Source: Octopus vulgaris
Taxonomy: Eukaryota
Assembly: GCA_951406725.2 (NCBI GenBank)
Contig: OX597814.1
Coordinates: 175,522,001 to 175,586,000 of the forward strand
Length of the DNA stretch: 64,000 bases
Direction of reading: 5' to 3'
Shown here piece after piece: positions 1 to 13,999 of the stretch. Made by a program: the position numbers and the translations under genes. Below the pieces are notes generated by a model, which was not told the origin of the DNA, did not search any database, and saw nothing but the letters and a program-made list of their open reading frames with translations. The first letter of the stretch is position 1. The number at the start of each line of letters is the position of its first letter.

Positions 1-1130
1 CTGGAAATAATTGATTGACACAGTTCTTATGCTGTATTTGCTTATAGAATTCATGTAAATTTTCTTCCGCTTTTTTCCAGAAGACAGTATCAATATTCTA
101 AGAATCTGGGCTCATATTAACCAATTCATGAACTCTGTTAGCTTCTTGGGCATAATTCCGTGAGTTTATAATATCACCATCCGTCAATCTTTAAAGAAAT
201 GGCTTCATCTGTATTTCCTTTCATAGGTATTTCTTTTCTCTTTATGCATTTTGACAGAATGGATTGAACTCTTCATCAATTTTTCAGCATGTGGTTGTTT
301 TAAATTTCTTTTGTGAAGAGCATATGACAGTGAAAAAAAATTTTCATGGGCATCTGTCATGATGCTTAATTCTTCCAGAAAATACTTGAGGTGAATACGG
401 TTGGGCGTTCTTGTATATTAAAAAAAATATTCAAACAATGCTGGATAAACACGCTATATGCAACTGTTGATCTAAGGCTGCAAGGAGCTTACCCAGGGTT
501 GAATATTCTACCAATCTTTAAGAGTTCTAATCCAAGTTATTCTGAACTTTTAATAAGTCCCATCCTATATATTTCATTAATAAATATCTTAAAGTGTTTT
601 ATATCTTTGATGGAGTGATCCCAAATCACTTTTATGTTTTAGCACTCTCTCCTGAATTCTTGCCAAGCTGGCTGCATTAGAACAAAATCCCACCAGGTGA
701 TTATTTAGGTAATTATAATCATGTCCTCCAAAATTTAGTCTTTGTAATTCAAAAACGTAATTTCTGCATCTTGTAATTTCAGATTAACCATATTAATAAA
801 AAAAAAATAGCGGAATATCATTATCTTCAACGTTCCCACAAAGGATCATAACTAGTTGACTAGAAATAGTTGAAGCCTCATTGGTGTCAGCGTACTTTTA
901 AGTGTTGTTGAATTATTTTCGTAAATACTTCGTTTTTAATTTCCTTCTCAAGGTGATCAATATTTTAACGGCTGTCTTGCGAGAATAAAGTCCTGCTCCC
1001 ATATCTAATCCATGTTTTTTGCTTGTAGTTCAGTATCATCTTCAGTATCCAGAATGACCTGTTTCATTTTGCTATATTGCAGACAGCATTAAGTGTTTTA
1101 CTCAAAGTGCTTGTATATATTTTTTATTTA
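1..1130 (-). pseudogene. Highly degraded Penelope-like RT relic
   Basis: Minus-strand traces resembling W.RYxDDIF (about 810-835), Y.KPT...YL (about 390-420) and R.YP (about 225). Many stops; boundaries approximate. Confidence 0.3.
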
Positions 1131-2729
1131 ATTTGCTGATGTATCTCAGGCAATATCGTTATGGCATAATATAAATAAATATAAAAAGAAGATAGCAGGA
1201 TAACGCCGTTAGTAGGAGAGGTTAGGAAGGTAAAGGAGGAGGATGAAATACTGTAACTGATTAAATCAAGAGAAGTTAAGTAGAGAGAAGTTAAAAGTTA
1301 TTTAAGAACAAGACAAGAGAAGATGAAAAAGTGAAAAAGTGAATAAATTGAAAAAATAAAATTGAAAAAGTGTGAAAAACTGAAACATTTTATTTTTCAT
1401 TTATACCCTCATACTTTTTTGTAACTGCAACTTTTTCGCGTTCTTTCAATTACATTACACATATACAATGAACTTTTAATGAAAAATAGACGTTCATTAT
1501 TTTTCTAAGAGATGCAAACTGGCCGACTTTATTTGTTTACGATACTTCATAATTTCAGATTTTCTATAAAGCGTCGATTCTTTTAATGCTCATGCACTCA
1601 AGTTTGGCGCAGTGATCACAGCCAACTTTCTTGTTGATAATTTTTTATAGTCTTAGGAGTTTCATGACATATTAACTTTGGATTTTTATGTTCAATCAAT
1701 TCATACTTCAAACGGTTATAATTTTCAGAAGTTGCTAACGATTTTTTTCATCCTGTTCTTGTTTCGAACAAATTTTTGGAATTTTTCTCAGAAAGTTCAT
1801 ATTTTTCTGTTACTTTATCGAAAGAGTCCAATCTGTAAGTAAACGTGAAAATATTCAATGCCACATATACCGTCATGATAAATTATAATTATCAATTATT
1901 GAACGAATCTTCTTTTCATGCTGAATTGACAGAAAAAAAATATATAGTTACATAGCTTCATGCAAAAGCCGTTGTTGCTTTTTTGATTAGATGTTTGTTG
2001 GTTAAGTTAGGATACAACACACGAATTACAAGCCACAAAAGGAATAGAATGGTTATTATGGTGATTGTTTGCTAAATTTATTAATGATAAAATACAAGTA
2101 AATTAAGCAGTTTAAAAATTTACTCGTAACCAAATATAAATATTAATAATCATCTAAAAATACGAACAAAATCTATCAAATATTAAGTTAGAGAACATAT
2201 TGTCAGAGATCTGATAAAGAAGTTTTTTTTAAAATTCCCCTTGAAGAATCAGATATGTTGAAAAATATTTCAGCGGGTTCTCATTAAAAAAAACTAAAAT
2301 GAGATTAGAAAAAGAAACACAAGTTCTTATAAGGAATTAAAAGTAAAACAAAGGGAAAAGAATCTGCGTGGAGTAGTGGTCAATGTATTGCTCTCTCGAT
2401 CGCCAGATCGTGGGTTCGATTCCTGGACTGGATGGTGTGTTGTGTTCTTGAGCAAAACACGTCCTTTCACGTTGCTCTAGTGCAGTGTGGGAACCGGTAT
2501 GTCAAAGAATAGTCCCAGCATTTCCCGTGCGTGTCGTAAAATCGACTAAAAGAGGTTGAATTAGGATTTGTACTCTTACCTTGTGAAATTCTCACCAGCA
2601 ACGACTACCCAAGCAACCAATGGGTTGGAGGGTTGTCGCCTGAGTGATGCAAAGGCGTCATCCGCATGGAGCAGGGAATCACCATCAAATGGTGGATGCA
2701 GCGTCACGCTGTTATAGCGTATTTCTCCA

Positions 2730-2759
<30 letters not shown>

Positions 2760-2761
<2 letters not shown>

Positions 2762-3040
2762 ATCTTCAATGGAGATTCGTCTAATGAAAAATTTATTTGT
2801 ATTTTAATGGTTTTACAGTTGAATGTTAGAAAAAGCACTGGTAGACAAAGAAATTCTGAGTATTGTTTTGGAAATTTCAAAGTAAAATTTGTACATGGCA
2901 AAAATATTAATAATAAATGTATAACAAGTAGATAACAATAAGTATATATAAAAATAAAACGTGATAAAAATGAATATATTAAATACGACCAAAAAGAGTT
3001 GAAGTAGGATTCGCACTCCGAACCTGTAAAACTCTCACCA
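2760..3040 (+). pseudogene. Degraded 3' end of a Penelope-like element (GIY-YIG C-terminus-like) with possible decayed hammerhead
   Basis: SNEKFICIL...LNVRKSTGRQRNSEYCFGNFK resembles the PLE C-terminal L.EK..IL...LN.R....CRH pattern. It is followed by GAGTTGAAGTAGGA..TCCGAACCTGTAAAACTC (2996-3035). Confidence 0.3.
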
Positions 3041-3555
3041 TTATAGAACAAGAAGAAAGATATAGTTTTTTAGCACGTAAATTCTGAACAGTGTATATAA
3101 AGGATAAAATCCTTTTAAGAGCAGAAAAATTTGCTCTTAAAAGGATTTTAGGATCTTTTCCTTTTAAACGGCAAGTCGAGAAATTAATTTTTTGTGACTA
3201 AACACTTTCAAACTTCGGACACTGGTAGACTGTGTCATATAAAACATCTTTTACTCTTAGCGTTTTTGAGAAAAATTTATATTTACGAAGTTATTTTGTG
3301 TTAAAGTTGTCGTATTTCGGTAGTTTCAACCAATCAATGACGTGCATTTTGTATATACATACATAGAAACTAGAGACGGGATTACTATTACGTAATTCCG
3401 CCTTGTTTCGTAACCATTCCATTCCATTTCAACAGGTGATATTCAGTCATGTTTATTATTATAATATATATATTATAATAATACAGGATAAAATCATTAA
3501 GGATTCTATCAGTGACCAACATATAATACAGACCTATTATGGTGAATTCATATAT

Positions 3556-3753
3556 AGAGATTTATAATAGTATAAAATACAATTATAATTAAAGGCATAT
3601 AAGAGACTATGCCTATGCTGAAAATAGACGCCAACTATTCAAACCACTTAAAAATTATCACTTTTACAGTACACTTTGAGTACACGTTGTGTACACGTTG
3701 TGTACTCTTCTATGCCCTTAAATATAATTGTATTTTATACTATTATAAATCTC
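3556..3753. mobile_element. Short MITE-like element with ~50 bp terminal inverted repeats
   Basis: AGAGATTTATAATAGTATAAAATACAATTATAATTAAAGGCATATAAGAG at the left end; near-perfect reverse complement CTCTTCTATGCCCTTAAATATAATTGTATTTTATACTATTATAAATCTC at the right end. Confidence 0.75.
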
Positions 3754-4059
3754 TCACTCTCTCGCTCTCTCTCTCTCTCTCTATATATATATACGATGAG
3801 CTTCCACACAGTTCCCGTCTACTAAATTTACTCATAAGGGATTGGCTTGCCCTGAGCTACTGTAGAAGACACTTACTCGATTGTACTCTTTAGTGTGACA
3901 TGTTTCAGTATGAGCTTTATAACCGCATAACCATACTGTAAGGAAATTTTTAAGTTTTGGTCAATAGTCATTTTGTATACAGATATACATACATACATGC
4001 ATACATACATAAATACATACATACATACATACATGCATACATACATACATACATAATAC

Positions 4060-4120
<61 letters not shown>

Positions 4121-4863
4121 CGCAAGGATACATAATTATATATGTATAGATAAAATATTATTTACGAAGATCTGAGTTTGTATGAGTCGTTACTCGGAGT
4201 TTCCTATTCTTAGTCTTCATTTCTGCAAACCGGAACGAGCTACTCCGAGGTGCAACTCACAGAACCTTAGCCTTCAATAAATCGCATTATTCCAATCAAC
4301 GTTACAGTGTTCAATATTTTTTTCAATTATTAGACAGTGGTTTCGTAAATTGGATTTAATGTAATTCTAGCCATTTGAAAGCAAATAAATCTATATAAGA
4401 GTTTCTGTGAATTCCGTTTCATTATGTGAGAATGACTCGCAGCAAGATGGTCCTATTCATGTTGGTGAAACAGCTTTGAGATGAAGTCTTTGATGAAACG
4501 AAAACAGACGGACAACAAAGAAAAGCAGAAGAAACAAAGTCGTACGTTTGTATGTGTACTTGAACGTGTGTTTGTGTGTGAAGAAGAGAGAGGGTGAGAG
4601 AGAGAGAGAGAGAGAGAAAGAGAAAGGAGAGAAGGGAAAGATGGGAGAGAAAGGACAAAGAGGACAGAGTGAGAGAACTGGTAAATAAAAGATGACGTAG
4701 TTTTGTATTTAATATTGAAGACATAGTATCGATATATATATATATACGTACACACACATATATATATATATACATATATATATCACACACACACACATAT
4801 ATATATATATGTATACATATATATATATATGTATATATATATATATGTATATATATATGTATG

Positions 4864-4978
<115 letters not shown>

Positions 4979-5430
4979 CATAAATACATGTGAGAGAGAA
5001 TGAAAAAGAAAATAAAAGCGAGCGCAGACAAGAAAGAAATGCCGAAACAATCATGTGTTTGAATATACTTGCTTATGAAAGAGATATAGATAGAGAATGA
5101 GTAAGAAACATATTGGGAGAAAGAGAATTATAGATTGTATAATTGATGAATTTTATGAGTGTATGTTGCACGTGTGTCTATGTTTGGTTATATATATATA
5201 TTTGTGTTTGTGTACATATGTATCTTGTAGTATATGAGAGCATCAGCTCAGAAAGATAGGAGCAGAACATAAATGCACAAAGAGAAAGATAACGAAAGCA
5301 GGATCTTTAGATATTTTATGGTTCACATTCTTTGTTTCGGTGTTAGTCTTTGGAGATGTAGTGAAAAGTTTGGTGAGGCCACAAGGTGAACTCACCTTTC
5401 TTGGCACTCTTCAATGTGGCCGGTTCTAAA

Positions 5431-5470
<40 letters not shown>

Positions 5471-5984
5471 TGGTATTTTACTAGTACTTTATCTATCGAT
5501 ATCACGGAAAAGATGAAAAGTAAATCGACCTCACTGGAATTTGAACGCAGATAAACCTAAAGTAAACACATACAGACCAATATATTAATATAACAATTTT
5601 TAAAAAATAATAAAAATATACAATCAAAGAGACGAAAGAAACAGTAAGATGACACCTGTCGAATTGATTAGGTATATCTGTTTATATAGAAATCTACCAC
5701 GAACAGGTCATGTTACAGACACTAAACTATAAATTTCACTGGGTACAACCTTAAAGTTGACACCGCTCCACTAAATGCAGAAAATTTCTCTCTCGCTTTT
5801 GGCTAAAGTTACAGTTTTCCCGATTTTCAAACCTCTAATTTTTTCCTCCAATTTCTTTCTCCTCAACATCACACCTACATAGCCACGAGACTGGAAGACT
5901 ACATTATTATAGCCGATTTTCAGATTTTTTACTTCCTTTTAAAAAATCCATATTTTGCGAATGAAAATACTAGATCTGAAATGA

Positions 5985-6223
5985 AAATTTACCTCGTGGG
6001 GTAAAAGTTACTTTCGAAAAATTAATTAAATTCGAGGACAGGAAAATTACGTTCAATTCTACACTTAAGACACAGTAATAAATTTAATAAATCGAAAGTT
6101 TCAGAGACATGTCATATATTGTTTAGATATATCTTTGGATTATTATATTAAGACCATAGCTTAAGGTAATTTGGTTGTAAATAAATACCCAGCTTATTTT
6201 TAGTAGCAACTAAATCTTGTGCT

Positions 6224-6286
<63 letters not shown>

Positions 6287-6545
6287 GAGAGAGATAGAGA
6301 GGGAGAGAGAGATAGAAGAGAGAGCGGTGAATGAATTAGAGAGGGGGGAATGAGAATTTACCACGTGGGGTAAAAGTTACATTTAAGAAATTAATTAAAT
6401 TCGAGGACAGCAAAATTAAGTTCAGTTCTACATTTAAGACACAGCAATAAATTAAATAAATTAAAAGTTGCAGAGAAATGTCATATATTTTTTTAGATAT
6501 ATTTTAGATTATTATATTAAGATCGTAGTTTACGATATTTTGACT
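5985..6545 (+). repeat. Direct duplication of ~190 bp (5985-6175 and 6355-6545) separated by a (GA)n tract
   Basis: Both copies contain CGTGGGGTAAAAGTTAC...AATTAATTAAATTCGAGGACAG...TTAAGACACAG...GATTATTATATTAAGA. Confidence 0.85.
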
Positions 6546-6549
6546 GAGA

Positions 6550-7275
6550 AGAAATGAACGCAGATAAAAAGAAACAGCAAAGAAGGAGGAAAATGTACGG
6601 TCAGTTTGCAACAAATGTGAACGCCAAGACAGATACAGAAGACCGATGGCTATGGATAAGGAAGAGTGTATTGAAGCTAGAGACAGAAACACACATATGC
6701 GCAGCTCAAGAGCAAGCGTTAAGGATCAACTATGTGAACTGCAGAATAGACAACGCTACTGACAGCGACAAATGCAGAGGGTGTGGTGAGAGGATTGAAA
6801 CGGTATGGCACATCGTTAGCGAATGCCCAAAATTGGCACACTGCTAATACAAAAGACAACATAACAATGTAGGTAGAATGATCCATTGGGAGCTCTGTGG
6901 AAATCACAGCCTATAAAGAGCAAAGACATAGTATGAACAAACCTCAGGAAGAGTCACCGAGAATGAGATTTGCAAAATCCTGTGGGATGCAATGATCCAG
7001 TGCGATCACCTGACCGAACCGGACATTGTTGTATTAAGTAAAAAAGAAAGGACATGCTTGATAATCGACATAGCATGCCCCGATGACAATAAGATAAAAG
7101 AGACAGAAGAAAAAAATGAACAACTATGACAATTTGAAGTGGGAAATACGAAGGTTGTGGTCAATAAGGAGAGTATACGTGATACCAATAGTAATTGGCG
7201 CACTTGGAAGTATCAGCACTCAACTACCAGCATAGCTGAAAAAGATCGGTGCTGGTGTGAAGGTAGAACACCTAG
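6550..7275 (+). pseudogene. R4/Dong-clade non-LTR retrotransposon C-terminal relic (CCHC finger + restriction-like endonuclease)
   Basis: WLW..LKLETETHICAAQEQAL..DKCRGCGERIETVWHIVSECPKLA, then RHNNVGRMIHWELC, KILWD, PDIVV, CLIIDIACP and IPIVIGALG across stops and frameshifts. Confidence 0.85.
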
Positions 7276-7329
7276 AAATACCGCTAAGCATTTCGCCCGA
7301 CGTGCTAACGTTTCTGCCAGCTCGCCGCC

Positions 7330-7374
<45 letters not shown>

Positions 7375-8799
7375 TTGATGGTGATGATGACGAGAAGCAA
7401 GAGTAGCAGTTGAAGGAGGAGGAGGAGAAGACGACGACGATGACGAAGAAGAAGAAGAAGAAGAGGTAGAAGGAGAAGGAGAAGAAGAAGAGGTAGAAGG
7501 AGGAGGAGGAGAAGAAGAAGAAGAGGTAGAAGAAGGAGAAGAAGAAGAAGAAGAAGAAGAAGAAGAAGAAGAAGAAGAAGAAAAAGAAGAAGAAGAAGAT
7601 AGTGAGTAATTTTGAATTAAACTTTTCAATTTTACTATCAAAAGAAATTTCAGAATACCCAACAGCAAATATTGATAACTCCATTGATTTATTAATTAAA
7701 CAGACAAACTTTCAAACATCTGGAATGTTCGGGAATATAAAAGTGCGACTGAAATTGAACGATTCTTTTTGTAAAAATGTACGAAGCTCTTAAACATTTA
7801 TAGTTCATGTTGTATAAATGGAAAGTTAATAACCACCTATATAGACGATACAAGGTAATGGATCTACTTATTCTATTCAAATACCAGTATCGTACCTTCA
7901 CTGCGCTGATTGAATCTTTGCTGGTGATTATAACACGTTGATTATATGAAAACCAGTTCTCACAAACTTTTCCTAATTGTCCAGTAAAAATACAACCTCT
8001 CAAACACACAACCTTCGGGGTTTGTGTAGAAGACAATTGCTCAAGGTGCCGCGCAGTGGAAGGGAACTCTAAACCGCATGGCTGTAAAGCCAGCTTATTA
8101 ACCTAACAGTAGTAATGCCTATGTCTTTTTTAATTTTGTTCTTGAAAACGTGGTTTTCTCTAACACTTCATACGAAGTGCGCTAGTAACCCTTTTTACTT
8201 AATCTCCAGTGCGTCACAAAAATCAAACAGGCAGAGTATCACTATGATAATCCTTCCTTGATATGCAGTCGAGATTGTGAGTAATTTTACACGAATGTTT
8301 TGTTAGCTTGCCAGCCTTCTCTATGTCCGGGAATTATAGGTTTCGTGAATATGTACCAGGTTTAATGCGATATTGCTGTGTCCTTGCTTTTCTGTGGGAC
8401 ATTAACGGTACGAATTAAACGAATTGATTTCAACATGAATAGAAATGTGCTCATGCTCTTCATTCATTAACAATATTTATTTCCATTTTCTTGGGAACTC
8501 CCATGGTTTCCATGATATATTGATCTCTTTTGTATTTAGTACGAAAGCCTTGAATTTTTGTTATAAATTTGGAAAAATGAGCATTTCTCGCATTCATGTC
8601 ATTCTCAGAAGCATTAGGGTATAAATAGAGCACTTTAACTGCGTATCGCAAAAGGCTCGTAAACGTGACTTACTGGAAGCTTTTTATTTTAAGTTCTGTA
8701 TACTACGTACCTAGCCATAGTTTTCCACCAGAGCATATTCATCCTACAGATGTGGTTAAAAGTTACAATATCCTATTTCATTTGAATCTGTTTCTTTAA

Positions 8800-10053
8800 A
8801 TTAGATTGGAATACAGAAGTTTTGTGGCATTTCAAGACGGGAATGAAATAGATACTTTTTAATTTATATATTTAATCAAGATAATATTTTCCCTCATTAT
8901 TGATAACATAATCCCATCTATTTCCTCTATTTGGCAAATTGTTGATCCCACGGACATACAATTCTTCAGATTTCGAAACAAAGACACACTCAATATTAGT
9001 TTTAACCTCTTCACAATTTTAAAATCTGTTTCCCCTCGTCATAATGCTGCAATGATCTGAAAAGATAAGTCAGATGGAACAAAGCCAGGAGAATAAAGAA
9101 GAGGGGGTAAAACTTCCATATTTAGTACCATATTCTTTTCATGAGTGATCTGGACACAATGTGGTCTTGCATTATCGTGTAAGAGCAACACCCCATTGCA
9201 ACTAACGCGCGCTTTTTCTGTAAATTTTTGTGCAATTCTTCCGTCTGACCGCAATATTTTCTCGCATTAATTGTTTCGTTTTGAATTTTCATGTTAGATG
9301 ACTCCCTTCATATCTCACCAAACACAGAGCATGATGTTTTTCGGGTGTAATCCTGGTTTTGGGATAGATTCTTTTTCATTCGGTACTAGCAATATTTGTT
9401 TTCAATGGATATGAGTATAGGGAATCCCTTTCTTATTACTTATGATAATTCTATCTAGGAACTGTTCGATAACACGTTTACTCTTCAATTACGAACAGAA
9501 GGAAAATAGTTGGTTAAGCTGAAAAGCAGTCAGATGATGAGGAAAGCATTGACCAAATTTAGATATTTTTTTTAGTTCATGAAGGTGTTTAATTATTGAG
9601 ATTTTGTGATCGAAGTGAACTGAACTATTTTGTCAATTCGTATGCAGTTTGCTTTGTACTTTCCTTTACCATTTTCAGAAGCCCAGTATTGGCAGAACTT
9701 AGTCGTCTAAAACGAGAGGAGTCTGAGGGAAAAATGATTCGCAAGTGAATTTGGCCAAATCATCGCTGGCATGTCTGAACACTTCTATAAACAGAACGAA
9801 TATTTCTTGCCGCTTCCAATACAGAACCCCTTTTGAGTCCATACAGCATGAAGTGTTTTATATGGGTCTAATCTAAACTCATTTTAAAAGTGTAAAATCC
9901 TTAAGAATTTAACCACTATGGTATAAAGTAATCCACAAAGAAAGAAAGAAAAAGCATTACAATAAAGAATTAATACTTATTTTATTGTCAATATTGAAAA
10001 AGGATCCCCAAAGAGCTCATGTAAAAAATGCGTCAGGACTTTCCAACCTAATA
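8800..10053 (-). mobile_element. Degenerate mariner transposon (~1.25 kb) with decayed TIRs
   Basis: Minus-strand GVLLLHDNARPH...EVLPPLLYSPGFVPSD (mariner HDNARPH/YSPDLAPSD). Left end TTAGATTGGAA..GCATTT versus right end AAATGC..TTCCAACCTAATA. Confidence 0.8.
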
Positions 10054-10104
10054 CAATAAAGCATACAATTGCACGATGTGGGAATAACTATCAAACAACT
10101 GTGC

Positions 10105-10440
10105 TAGCCGCCTTCCACGTCATGGTGCCCTTACCGAAATCCTAAAGCATGGCCTATATACCGCAGGCTTCCCTTTCCAGCTCGAGCCAGCGAGGCTAGA
10201 CCAAGGGGGCAGCAAAAGGTCTGACAGTATGACAGCTTTCCCGTTGCATCTGGAATTCCTAATGTGACACATTCTCCAGAAGCAACTTGGCATGTTCAGC
10301 TACCAGCCAAGACTCCGCTTTTCGCCAGTCTGAGAAAAGCAAACTGTCAAAGGTTTATCGGCACCCAGATGCTCACTGATGGCTATTCGCAAGTGCAAGC
10401 CCCTTCAGTCAGAGTGGCTGTCCAAACGAGCGTATCTTCA
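10105..10440 (+). pseudogene. CRE-like (RLE) non-LTR retrotransposon endonuclease relic
   Basis: Frame from ~10106 reads SRLPRHGALTEILKHGLYTAGFPFQLEPARLDQGGSKRSDSMTAFP, matching RH..LN..I.RAL..AG.P..LEP.GL...DGKRPDG.T.FP; VAVQ appears later at ~10414. Not called in the ORF track. Confidence 0.65.
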
Positions 10441-11303
10441 TCTCCATCCACCGCGGCAACGGCTTTTCCATTTTGTCTGCTGGGACCACTAGGCACCCTG
10501 AATTACAGGAAATCAAGAGAATATAAAATTTTCGTTGCTTATTACCCGTAGTTGGTCAGTATACCATCCCATTTCTCTTCGACCAATTTATCACTTTATT
10601 TCCCCTAAACGTTTTATTTATACTAACCATCTATCCCTCAATCATTTTTGTGCTCTTTTGTCTTTGCTCTACTCAGTGAATCAGACAATATCCCCACCAC
10701 CTAACAAAACACCCGAGCTAAGGTGGGGGCATCGTTACTTTGTTGTTTTCTTGAAGCTCCGAGTTTAATTTCAAATGAGGTCGGTTCGAAAAGAACTATG
10801 AACAAAATTATTCCATTTGTGAGTCTCCAGCCATTCATTCTTTGAACTAAATTCAACCATTGATCATTTTAATTATTGTACTCTGTCCTACTAAATGGAA
10901 TACATTTTTATGGAAGGAAGGTAGGCATTCTAGAAAGTTGTTTATGAAAATACGAGTTACCACATTATAGCTTTCTTCTCCCACAATTATAATCTAATTA
11001 TATTATATTTTTTTCTTATTTCGCTGTTGAAATTAGCAACAATGTTTCGTTATTTGAACCAATTATAGCATAAATTTTTCTGACACTGCGCCTTCATTCT
11101 TTGGACTAATTTTCATCGATTCATGCTCCTCACTTCTTTGTTACCGTTCAGCTATTTTCGGCTCCTCTTTGTTTAAAAATACTTGGATTAATAGATTTAA
11201 ACAAAAAAACACAGCTTCCAGGAAGTGATGTATGTGCTTGTCTGTGTGTGTATAAATAATTGAGGCATATATATAAATGCGTATATTATACACATACATA
11301 TGC

Positions 11304-11370
<67 letters not shown>

Positions 11371-11689
11371 ATTGCACATATATATACATACATATATACA
11401 CAGACACAGACACACACACACGCACAAATACATATATACATATGTGAGTGTATCTGCGTGCGTTTGTGTGTATGGAAACTGTAAGTATCCATGTACGTAT
11501 GAGAGAATAAAGTAGTAATTAGTGATTCTACACGCTGGTCTTTTCTTCAACATCTTCAGAGATAAAAATAACATTCAAAAGACATTTATTGAATCGGTCT
11601 GGGTATCTTTCACTTTTCCTTTGAAGATATATGTATGTAAGTAAGTATGTATGTATGTATATATATTTATGTATATGTATAAATATATA

Positions 11690-11760
<71 letters not shown>

Positions 11761-11784
11761 TATGCGTGCGTGCGCGTGCATTTG

Positions 11785-11831
<47 letters not shown>

Positions 11832-11963
11832 TGAAAGTAAGTGGTGAATTGGTGTTCACCTCCATTTGGTGTTTTAATCCATGTGATAGGCTTGAAAGAT
11901 TGATAAGTTTATTAAGATATTTTCTTGTTATGAAACCAATGGTAGCCTTAATGCACAAATAAA

Positions 11964-12008
<45 letters not shown>

Positions 12009-12504
12009 GTGAGAGAGAGAGTTGAACAAATCTTCCAGCAACTTTATTAAAGATAGTGTAGAACAGTTAACCATGCGTAAACCCTATGTCACCTTGAAGG
12101 ATCACAAAGAATACTTTTAAAAAACTCCAACTCTAGATTGATAAACCCCACACAATAATATGATCTCAGTGTAGCGAGTAAACACATCCTTAGTAAATAG
12201 AAATTTTAATCACGCAACATAGGTATCTCAGTGAAACAGCAAGTGGGTCGTAAATGTCACAATTCGAAATTAAAATTAAGAGGATGAAATTGAATGCTAT
12301 AGTGTAGTAGTATAGAATATAATCTGCGCTAATCCATTTTCTTGCAGTGAGTGATACCTGTTCTATTGTGATTTCTGTCATGCTGGCCCACAGGATGGCG
12401 ACAAAATCTAGCTAGTTGATGAGAAAAAATATTTTCTTGCAATGGATCGAAATCTTGTGAGTTGAGCGTAGTTGAATGAGTTGATTGCTACTTATTTTAT
12501 CTAT

Positions 12505-12737
12505 AAGGCGGCGAGCTGGCAGAAACGTTAGCACGCCGGGCGAAATGCGTAACCGTATTTCGTCTGCCGTTACGTTCTGAGTTCAAATTCCGCCGAGGTC
12601 AACTTTGCCTTTCATCCTTTCGGGGTCGATAAATTAAGTAGCAGTTACGCACTGGGATCGATGTAATCGACTTAATCCGTTTGTCTGTCCTTGTTTGTCC
12701 TCTCTGTGTTTAGCCCCTTGTTGGTAGTAAAGAAATA
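12505..12737 (+). mobile_element. tRNA-derived SINE family A with 22-bp TSD
   Basis: Head GGCGGCGAGCTGGCAGAAACG..., B-box-like GAGTTCAAATTCC, central GCCTTTCATCCTTTCGGGGTCGATAAATTAAGTA. TSD GATTGCTACTTATTTTATCTAT at 12483-12504 and 12738-12759. Confidence 0.9.
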
Positions 12738-12829
12738 GATTGCTACTTATTTTATCTATGACAGCGACGACGACGACGATGATGTTGATGATGATGATGA
12801 TGATGATAAGGCTACTGAAAAATAATAAC

Positions 12830-13960
12830 TAACATCATGCATGTCTTGAAAACGGCATACAATTCTGCAAATACAAAAGGAGAGAAATGTGCAAACAAAT
12901 CTTATTCGTATTACAAGAGGAATATTCCAAGGCGAATTTTCCTTCCGATCTTTTTCAACACAACTTTAAAAACTGGAAACACCATTTCATACAATACAAG
13001 GATTTACTTGAAGAACTAATATATAATTCCTGTCAGAAAGATGTACGGAGGCAGCCTAGAAGAGAGAAAAAAATATTATAACACCTATAGAGTTAGATGG
13101 AGAAGAATAGATTAGAGAATTAGATGAAGCATAGACTTACAAATATACAGAAATTATTGAATTAGACAGAGTATGACACACTCAAATGAAAGAAAAGATT
13201 ATGAAGGAATATTATAGAAGCATTAGATTAATACTTAAAGCATAACTGACTGTAAAAAATACGCCTGTATGCATTAATATTCTAGCAGTCTCAGTCATAA
13301 GTTTTTATAATATTCTCAACTGGACATGAATTGAATTTGTGTGGTTAGTCAGGAAAAAAGAAAACTAACTGCTTATAGAAGACGCCATACAAAATCTGAC
13401 ACCAAAAAATATATATTTATCAGGAATACAGGAAAATAGAAAGCCATTAGAAATATCTACTATAGTGCCACTAGAAATCTATTACGAAATATCTATAATA
13501 CTTGAAAATTATCTGGTAAAGAATATCTAGTAATGAAATTTAATAGAGATAGTTTTAAACGGGAAAGAAACAAAAAGCAAATAGAAATAAACAAAAGCAA
13601 ACTATTTTCTGTATTCAAGAAAGTTTATGAATATACAACAGAGAATAAAGTGAGAGATATTGTTAAAATAAAAACAAATAACGAAGCTAAAGATAGGACT
13701 GCATATTGTCAAATTAAAAGCTGGCAAGAAACGCATTAGCATGGTTAATATTTGAGAAAACTAATTAAGGAGGTAAAAGCTAAAGATATTTTTAGCCCGG
13801 TTGAGAAGCGTATGACTCAAAGTTGAAATAGGATTTTTAAGACATAAGGTCAAAACTTGTTCATCAGTAATTATCAAATGAATCAGAATGAGTACAATAC
13901 AGATAACCGTCAATCGTGTGAGAATATGGCTCGATAACATGTATCATGCAATTAGCATTC
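12830..13960 (+). pseudogene. Older R4/Dong-like RT relic
   Basis: KEYYRSIRLILKA.LTVKN...INILAVSVI...ILNW..EF...VRKKRKLT, later W..K..HG and W.LK.E-like segments; heavily disrupted. Confidence 0.6.
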
Positions 13961-13999
13961 TTACTGCCACTGCAGTCGGCTATATTTATGTTTTTGATT

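Noticed and set aside
12230-12420. Non-repetitive patch with Hox/Otx-like words (GTCGTAAA, TAATCC); similar unique patches at 4170-4560, 5280-5430 and 31190-31400
   Set aside because: Short motifs are expected by chance; cross-species conservation would be needed to call enhancers or exons.
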